From the NCBI GenBank assembly GCA_965214835.1, contig CBDCCK010000002.1, positions 1,024,001 to 1,088,000 of the forward strand: a DNA stretch of 64,000 nt, written 5' to 3'. The translations under genes were made by a program, and so were the position numbers. Below, piece after piece: positions 57,849-64,000 of the stretch (positions are counted from its first letter, which is position 1; the number at the start of each line of letters is the position of its first letter). The DNA comes from Nitrosopumilaceae archaeon (GTDB taxonomy: Archaea > Thermoproteota > Nitrososphaeria > Nitrososphaerales > Nitrosopumilaceae). The notes below the pieces were generated by a model. That model made no database searches. It was not told the DNA's origin and saw only the letters and a program-made list of their open reading frames with translations.

Positions 57849-59264
57849 CAGTAGTTCCTCGATGTACTTTTGCAGGCACGATAATTACGCAATTTGCCGA
57901 GATTTTTTGACCATCATACTATAGATCAGGCGGTGTGCCAACCATCATCATGTCAGTAACACAAAACGACGTGTTTGCACACCAGTTTGACATAACATCG
58001 AGACAGTTTAAAACATTGCGACGGCGGTTTCCCAAGCTCGGGCTGGCCGTCTCAAAGAGTCGCAACGCAGTGTATGACCACATCGACGCACTGCGCGTTC
58101 TATATTTCATGTCTGAGAGGAGGATGTTTGCAGAATCTGCCGTGACGCACCTTCGCAGGCGGGCCTCAAAATGCAGCAGGCAGCAGCATGACGACGGGGC
58201 TGCCTCCAAGGGCGGCGCGTATAGTTGCCGTACGCCTAGTCCGGACTGGATCCTAAAGGCGATCCGGGGCGTCAGCCTGGATGATGCGCAAAAGTGGTGC
58301 AGCTCCATGCTGCAGCATACGGTAAGGTGCGCCCGCAGGTCAGGCATGCTGCACAACACGGACGTCGTGGCAGTGGACGTTACCGACGTGGAATACTATG
58401 GCAAGGGCCTGGAGGATATCGCCAGAAAGTCAAAGCCCAAGAACGGCACGTCGACGTTTCTCTCGCACATTACCATGCACGGAATAGGATCAGATGACGG
58501 GTCTGACCTCGTGCTTTCCTCGCTGCAGCTTCCAAAAGAGGCAAAACTGGCCGATTTCGTGCCTAAAATGATCCGCAAGGCGTCCAGATCAGGGATGAGG
58601 ATCAAGACGTTCCTGTATGACCGCGGGTTCTTTAACGTGGACTGCATGAGGGCTGCAGAAACAAGCACGGGCAGCTACATCATGCCTGCCGTCAAGAACA
58701 GGAGGATAGTGGCGGCAATAGAGGAGCATGACCGCGGAGAACGCGGTGCGGTATCAAAATATACAATGACCAACAAGGACGGCAAGAGCGCCACATTCAG
58801 GCTAGTCATTGTGGAAAAGGACGAGGTAGAAAAGGACGGCACGGCAGCAGCAAAGAAGGACAAGGCAGAAGAGACCATAGCCGACAGGTATCTGGTCTTT
58901 GCCACCAACATGTCTGCTAAAAGTGCAGAGGCAGTCATTGAGCAGATACCGGAGGAGTACCGCAGTCGGTGGGGAATCGAGACCGGGTTCAGGGTGATCA
59001 AGGGGATAATGGGCAAGACGTGCAGCAATTCCCCGGTCGTCAGGCTGCTGCTGTTCTATATGTCTGTCATACTGTACAACCTGTGGAGGACTGCCGTGTT
59101 CATAGACGTGGAATCCAAGTGGGACGGATTTGCAGGAGGGAAGGGGTTTACCATGATGCTGTTTGTCGCGTGCATTGTCGATGCGGCCGACTCGTTTGTA
59201 AACGATCGCGGAAAGTAGCGGAGGTGCCGTGTCGGGTCTGCAAAAGTACATCTAGGAAGTACTG
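57849..59264 (+). mobile_element. ISH3-family IS (1416 bp), copy 2
   Basis: Near-identical to 28385-29800; no TSD (GTTT / AAGT). Confidence 0.92.
57950..59218 (+). CDS. ISH3/IS4-like DDE transposase
   Basis: Identical protein to 28486 apart from two residues after the Met. Confidence 0.9.
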   Translation: MSVTQNDVFAHQFDITSRQFKTLRRRFPKLGLAVSKSRNAVYDHIDALRVLYFMSERRMFAESAVTHLRRRASKCSRQQHDDGAASKGGAYSCRTPSPDWILKAIRGVSLDDAQKWCSSMLQHTVRCARRSGMLHNTDVVAVDVTDVEYYGKGLEDIARKSKPKNGTSTFLSHITMHGIGSDDGSDLVLSSLQLPKEAKLADFVPKMIRKASRSGMRIKTFLYDRGFFNVDCMRAAETSTGSYIMPAVKNRRIVAAIEEHDRGERGAVSKYTMTNKDGKSATFRLVIVEKDEVEKDGTAAAKKDKAEETIADRYLVFATNMSAKSAEAVIEQIPEEYRSRWGIETGFRVIKGIMGKTCSNSPVVRLLLFYMSVILYNLWRTAVFIDVESKWDGFAGGKGFTMMLFVACIVDAADSFVNDRGK

Positions 59265-59363
59265 AAGTACAGAAACAGGCTCAGAAAGTACGATCTGGCC
59301 AACAGTATCGTGTGCGGGCTGGTCAACCTGAGGATACTGGAACGGATAGCCGCTGTGGCCTGA
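59265..59363 (+). pseudogene. C-terminal fragment of an IS5-family transposase
   Basis: KYRNRLRKYDLANSIVCGLVNLR resembles the YRNR...GLxN tail of IS5/ISL2-type enzymes. Confidence 0.65.
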
Positions 59364-59455
59364 AAAACACGGCAGAAAACAACTGCAACCTGCCACTCGT
59401 AATTTAATTACGGATTGCTTCTCAGGAAAAGGGGACGTGGCCCTGTACATGTCTT

Positions 59456-60484
59456 TTATTTCAAGAGCTCCATCGTCTTGACTAGTACCGGGTATGGATC
59501 CTTCATCTGCCTTGTCAACTCTCTTGATTTTCTCAAATAGGCTCCTTTGTCGTCCATTAGGATTTTGTTTGCAAGCCTTGCAATCTTCACTGGATTCTCC
59601 TCCCTGCTGACGACCTTCTTTTTTATCAGATACTCCTCCACCAAATTCGGCACCGCGTTGTACGATATGGTCGGTACTCCCAAGAGGGCCGACTCTGCAG
59701 TCATGGTTCCCCCGGAGCCTACAAACAGGTCGGAGTTCATCAGCAAAGCCTTTCCATCGTATGATTTTACAAGAACCTTTATCCTGTCTCCGAACCGCCT
59801 TTTGATTTTCTTGATCTGCTCCGAGTATCTTCCCAATACTACAATCTCGGCGTCTGTGTTTTTAGACATGCTCTCGATGATCGAGTACGAGGGGCTTTTT
59901 TTGGAGATGTATGCCGCCTCCTCTTCCTCCATTCTGACCAGTACTGTCTTTTTATTCCCGGCAAACGGATTTTTTTGTTTTTTGGGGACAGAACGCCTTG
60001 CAGTTACAAACGCATCGATCGCGTTATATCTTACAATGTTTTTCTCCCGTATGCCAAACTGTACAAACTCTGACTTTGGTATTATCGACGGAATAAGCAG
60101 CTTTTGTACCAGCGGGGTGCAAAGCTTCATTGCTGCCGTTGCGTGCGGCGAGTCTGTAAATCCTATGTGCTTTATGCCCATCCCGTATGAGATCCTTGCC
60201 GCCTCCGGAGAGCAGAAGCTGATGGTAAGGTCTGGCCTTTCCTTCTCAACGAGCAGCTGAAGGCCCTTCATTCTCTGTATGCTGGCTCTTAACTTTGCCC
60301 CCGTGTCCTTTCCGCCGTGCTTGCCTACGAGCCTTAGCTTAAACTGCCTCATTTTTGCCAAGCTTGACAGTTCCCTGTATCTTCTAGCTGTACATACAAC
60401 GGCACGCCTCTTTTGCAGCTTTTCAGCCATCGGTTCAAAAAACAACAACTGCTTGGGGGTTAGAATATCTATCCAAATTTTCAA
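59456..60484 (-). CDS. DUF354 family GT-B-like protein
   Basis: KIWIDI.TPKQ..FF, GKHGG, SPEA.R, GGTMTAESALLGVPTI. Confidence 0.88.
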   Translation of the reverse strand: MKIWIDILTPKQLLFFEPMAEKLQKRRAVVCTARRYRELSSLAKMRQFKLRLVGKHGGKDTGAKLRASIQRMKGLQLLVEKERPDLTISFCSPEAARISYGMGIKHIGFTDSPHATAAMKLCTPLVQKLLIPSIIPKSEFVQFGIREKNIVRYNAIDAFVTARRSVPKKQKNPFAGNKKTVLVRMEEEEAAYISKKSPSYSIIESMSKNTDAEIVVLGRYSEQIKKIKRRFGDRIKVLVKSYDGKALLMNSDLFVGSGGTMTAESALLGVPTISYNAVPNLVEEYLIKKKVVSREENPVKIARLANKILMDDKGAYLRKSRELTRQMKDPYPVLVKTMELLK

Positions 60485-60547
60485 CTAAAACCTGCTTGAA
60501 AACCAAGTTCAATAAGTTTTTCTTACTCCCCTTTCCAACTATCTGCT

Positions 60548-61681
60548 ATGAGGAGCAAAGTGGCAGTCTACGGGCTCAGCACCGAGGGTTATTCCCTGGC
60601 ATGCCAAATGGCCATAAAGGGAGCCGACGTGTCCTTGATTGACGAGTCCACCCCCTCTGCAATCTCGATAAATGCCGAGGTCGCCAGAACATACCCCAAC
60701 ATACCTGCCTTCAAAGAAGACGAACCGCTGCTTCCACTAGAGCCCATTGATGTCGCGATTTCAAAGGTCCAGTACCTGTTTTTTACCCCACGGATACGAA
60801 AGATCGGCCAGGATACAAAAACCGAGGTTCATTCAAAGTTTAAAAACGCCTCCCAATCAATGAAGAAAAACAGCTCCGTTGTATACAACATACCTACTGG
60901 CTTTGGCGAGAACAATGAAAACATCTCCCTGCTGGAGCACGTTACCGGATTCGAGGTCGGAAAATCAATCAACTACTTTTACTATCCCATCTCAGCAATA
61001 AACTCCCCAAAAATCATTGGCTCCTTTGATGGAAAACCCGACGCCAGGCTGTCTGAACTGCTGACTGTCGGAAAAAAGAAGAAGAAATTCGCCAACCTGC
61101 CCGCCTCGGAGCATTTCCACGCCATTGACGTGCTAACGCAGTTTTCTAGCATGTGCAGCATTCTTGAAGTGTGCAAGTTTGCCCAAGATGAGGTTGCCAA
61201 AGAGGATCTGGTACTAGACGAGTTTACCAACATCTTTCTTGATGACATGATAAACGGAATGTACGATTTAAAATCACTGGGCTCGTCATTTGAGGGCGCA
61301 AACACTCTGACGTATCTGATTAATGGCAGTATGAGAGGAATTGACAGCTATGTTAAAAGACTGATCGACGAGATTCGCGGGATCCTTAAGAAACACGATC
61401 TCAAAGCCAGCAGAACAAAAATTGCCTTATCATGGACGCTAGATCAGTATGAAATGCGTGGAGACAAAATCGAGATGCTACAGGCGCTGACTACCAAGCT
61501 GCGTGATTACATTACCGATGTGGAGGCATACGAAGATCCGACGCTGGATCTTTTCCATAATGACAAAGCCATGGTTGTGGTCTCCTGCTCAAAAAAGGAC
61601 TATGAAGACATGTCTAAAAGCAGCAAACACAACGAACTAATCATCGTCAAAGCAAATCCGCTGTGCGAGACCATGCAATAA
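60548..61681 (+). CDS. Hypothetical protein, degenerate nucleotide-sugar dehydrogenase-like
   Basis: N-terminal KVAVYGLSTEGYSLA Rossmann-like segment; no GGxC catalytic motif seen. Confidence 0.6.
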   Translation: MRSKVAVYGLSTEGYSLACQMAIKGADVSLIDESTPSAISINAEVARTYPNIPAFKEDEPLLPLEPIDVAISKVQYLFFTPRIRKIGQDTKTEVHSKFKNASQSMKKNSSVVYNIPTGFGENNENISLLEHVTGFEVGKSINYFYYPISAINSPKIIGSFDGKPDARLSELLTVGKKKKKFANLPASEHFHAIDVLTQFSSMCSILEVCKFAQDEVAKEDLVLDEFTNIFLDDMINGMYDLKSLGSSFEGANTLTYLINGSMRGIDSYVKRLIDEIRGILKKHDLKASRTKIALSWTLDQYEMRGDKIEMLQALTTKLRDYITDVEAYEDPTLDLFHNDKAMVVVSCSKKDYEDMSKSSKHNELIIVKANPLCETMQ

Positions 61682-61714
61682 GAATAAATTTAGAAAATCC
61701 ATCAAAACCTTACG

Positions 61715-62263
61715 TTGACTGAAGAAACTGAGGACGTGGAATCAAGAGTCCCCGTAGAGCTTGCCGATGAGAAGCCTGATGGCCAATTTTCAGATCTCTC
61801 AAAGGAGGAGCTGCTTGACTTGACTTCTCAGCAAAATGCAAGGCTGCAAGACTATGAGGAAAAGCTAAAGCGCTCTCTGGCTGATTTTGCCAACCTGCAG
61901 AAAAAAACCGCCGCTGACATTGAAAACGGCACGAACAATCAGGTCGACAAATGCTTCCTGGATTTTTTACAGATTTATGATGATTTTATCCGCGCAAAGG
62001 ACGCATATGCGTCCGCTAATGTTGATACGGCCGGGCTAGAGTCAATCCTCAGAAACATGGACTCGTTTTTGACGAAATACCATGTCACGGCAATCGACGC
62101 ACTGGGGGAGATTTTTGATCCTCACCTTCATGAGGCAATTTCCCTCGTTTCCGATTCGGAATTAGATGATAATACCATAACGAAGGTAATCAGGAAAGGA
62201 TATATTTCTCATAATAGAGTTATAAGACCAGCGTTAGTCGAAATATCAAAAAAGGATGGGTAA
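61715..62263 (+). CDS. grpE: Nucleotide exchange factor GrpE
   Basis: ADF.N..K, FDP.LHEAI, KGY....RVIRPA.V. Confidence 0.93.
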   Translation: MTEETEDVESRVPVELADEKPDGQFSDLSKEELLDLTSQQNARLQDYEEKLKRSLADFANLQKKTAADIENGTNNQVDKCFLDFLQIYDDFIRAKDAYASANVDTAGLESILRNMDSFLTKYHVTAIDALGEIFDPHLHEAISLVSDSELDDNTITKVIRKGYISHNRVIRPALVEISKKDG

Positions 62264-62269
62264 TGAAAC

Positions 62270-64000
62270 ATGGCAAAAGTTATAGGTATTGATCTGGGCA
62301 CGAGCAACTCTGCGGCAGCAGTCATGATGGGCGGAAAGCCGACTATCATCCCTGCAGCAGAGGGCGCCACGGTCGGCGGAAAGGCATTTCCCTCCGTGGT
62401 TGCATTTTCCAAGGAGGGTGATCTTCTAGTCGGGGAGCCTGCCCGGAGACAGGCCGTCACGAATCCTGAAAATACGATCGTCGCAGCCAAAAGGAAGATG
62501 GGAAGCGATTTCTTGTTTAAAATTCAAGGCAAGGACTACAAGCCACAGCAGATATCTGCATTTATCCTGCAAAAGATCAAAAAGGACGCCGAGGCCTTCA
62601 CCGGCGACAAAGTGGAAAAGGCCGTAATCACGGTTCCCGCATATTTTGATGACAACCAGAGACAGGCAACCAAGGATGCCGGCACCATTGCCGGCCTTGA
62701 TGTTGTCAGAATAATCAACGAGCCGACGGCCGCTTCACTGGCCTTTGGACTAGACAAGACAAAGCAGGACATGAAAATCCTTGTTTTTGACTTCGGCGGC
62801 GGCACGCTGGATGTCACCATAATGGAGATGGGCGGGGGTGTCTTTGAGGTAATGAGCACCTCAGGCGACACCCAGCTGGGGGGAACCGACATGGACAAGG
62901 CGCTAATCGACTATGTTGTTGATGAGTTCAAAAAGAAGGAGGGAACCGACCTCTCCCAGGATTCGACTGCCATGACAAGGGTCAGGGAGGCAGCTGAAAA
63001 GGCAAAGATTGAGCTGTCCACCGTCATGGAGACTGACATCAATCTGCCCTTTGTCGCCCATGATCCGTCAAGCGGCCCGAAAAACCTTGAGCTAAGATTG
63101 TCAAGGGCAAAGCTGGAGGACTTGATCAAGCCCGTCGTTGACCGCTGCAAGTCCTCGATCGACAAAGCCCTGGAGGATGCAAAACTGACTCCCTCTGATA
63201 TCACTAAGACCGTTCTTGTCGGAGGGCCGACGAGGATCCCACTGGTGAAAAAATTCGTAAGCGATGCGCTCGGAAGGGAGGCAGAGTCCGGCGTGGATCC
63301 CATGGAGGCCGTGGCCATGGGAGCTGCCATTCAGGCCGGAATCATTGCCGGCGATGTTGAGAGCGACATCGTCCTTTTGGACGTGACCCCGCTGACGCTG
63401 GGAATAGAGACGCTTGGAGGAGTGCGCGAGCCGCTAATTGAGAGGAACACGACAATACCCACCTCCAAAAGCAAGACATTCACCACTGCCGCCGACAACC
63501 AGACGGCCGTAACCATCCACGTAGTTCAGGGCGAGCGGCCGATGGCAACTGACAACGTCTCGCTGGGCAGCTTTAACCTGACTGACATCCCGCCTGCCCC
63601 ACGCGGCGTTCCCCAGATTGAGGTAAAGTTTGACATTGACGCCAATGGCATAATCAATGTCACGGCAAAGGATCTTGGTACGCAAAAGGAGGCAAAGATT
63701 ACCATCGAATCCAACTCCAAGCTGTCCCCTGACGAGATTGAAAAGCTAAAGGAGGATGCCGAAAAGTTTGCCGACGAGGACAAAAAGAAGAAAGAGTCCA
63801 TCGAGCTCAAGAACGAGGCCGAAAGCTACCTGTATACAACCGAGAAGCTAATCAGCCATGACCTAAAGGACAAGATCTCCCAGGAGCAGGGCATCAAGAT
63901 TTCTGATGCGATAAAGGAGGTCAGAGAGGTCTTGGACAAGGGTGCAGACGAGCTCAAGCCAAAGCTAGAGTCACTAAAGGCACTGGTAAACGAGGTTACG
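62270..64000 (+). CDS. dnaK: Chaperone DnaK (runs off the window end)
   Basis: [43 protein letters not shown]. Confidence 0.97.
   Translation, partial: MAKVIGIDLGTSNSAAAVMMGGKPTIIPAAEGATVGGKAFPSVVAFSKEGDLLVGEPARRQAVTNPENTIVAAKRKMGSDFLFKIQGKDYKPQQISAFILQKIKKDAEAFTGDKVEKAVITVPAYFDDNQRQATKDAGTIAGLDVVRIINEPTAASLAFGLDKTKQDMKILVFDFGGGTLDVTIMEMGGGVFEVMSTSGDTQLGGTDMDKALIDYVVDEFKKKEGTDLSQDSTAMTRVREAAEKAKIELSTVMETDINLPFVAHDPSSGPKNLELRLSRAKLEDLIKPVVDRCKSSIDKALEDAKLTPSDITKTVLVGGPTRIPLVKKFVSDALGREAESGVDPMEAVAMGAAIQAGIIAGDVESDIVLLDVTPLTLGIETLGGVREPLIERNTTIPTSKSKTFTTAADNQTAVTIHVVQGERPMATDNVSLGSFNLTDIPPAPRGVPQIEVKFDIDANGIINVTAKDLGTQKEAKITIESNSKLSPDEIEKLKEDAEKFADEDKKKKESIELKNEAESYLYTTEKLISHDLKDKISQEQGIKISDAIKEVREVLDKGADELKPKLESLKALVNEVT

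Overview
This window is chromosomal DNA from an ammonia-oxidising archaeon (Nitrosopumilaceae/Cenarchaeum-like, inferred from gene content). The backbone holds two cobalamin gene clusters, an ESCRT-III/CdvB paralog, glyS, nfo, priL/priS, rps6e, aIF2 alpha and gamma, nop10, aglB, metK, Lsm, Lhr, RPA, tRNA-Gln and grpE-dnaK. It is heavily invaded by IS66 (x2), ISH3 (x2), IS3, IS630, IS110 and IS5 elements and by several MITE families, especially in a glycosyltransferase island next to aglB. The most unusual signal is three unrelated loci (9730-9836, 38349-38455, 42066-42174), each with a 35-39 bp duplication of local sequence flanking a 34-37 bp unique insert (period 72, 72 and 73 bp). This is the geometry of a single CRISPR repeat-spacer-repeat unit. 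It suggests off-target spacer integration, which in two cases added 24 in-frame codons to a protein. Also notable are a structured non-coding end of an IS110 element (candidate bridge RNA), a MITE array punctuated by a repeated 8-bp target, and a MurI-like racemase with both catalytic Cys replaced by Ser. All alignments were done by eye and no databases were searched.
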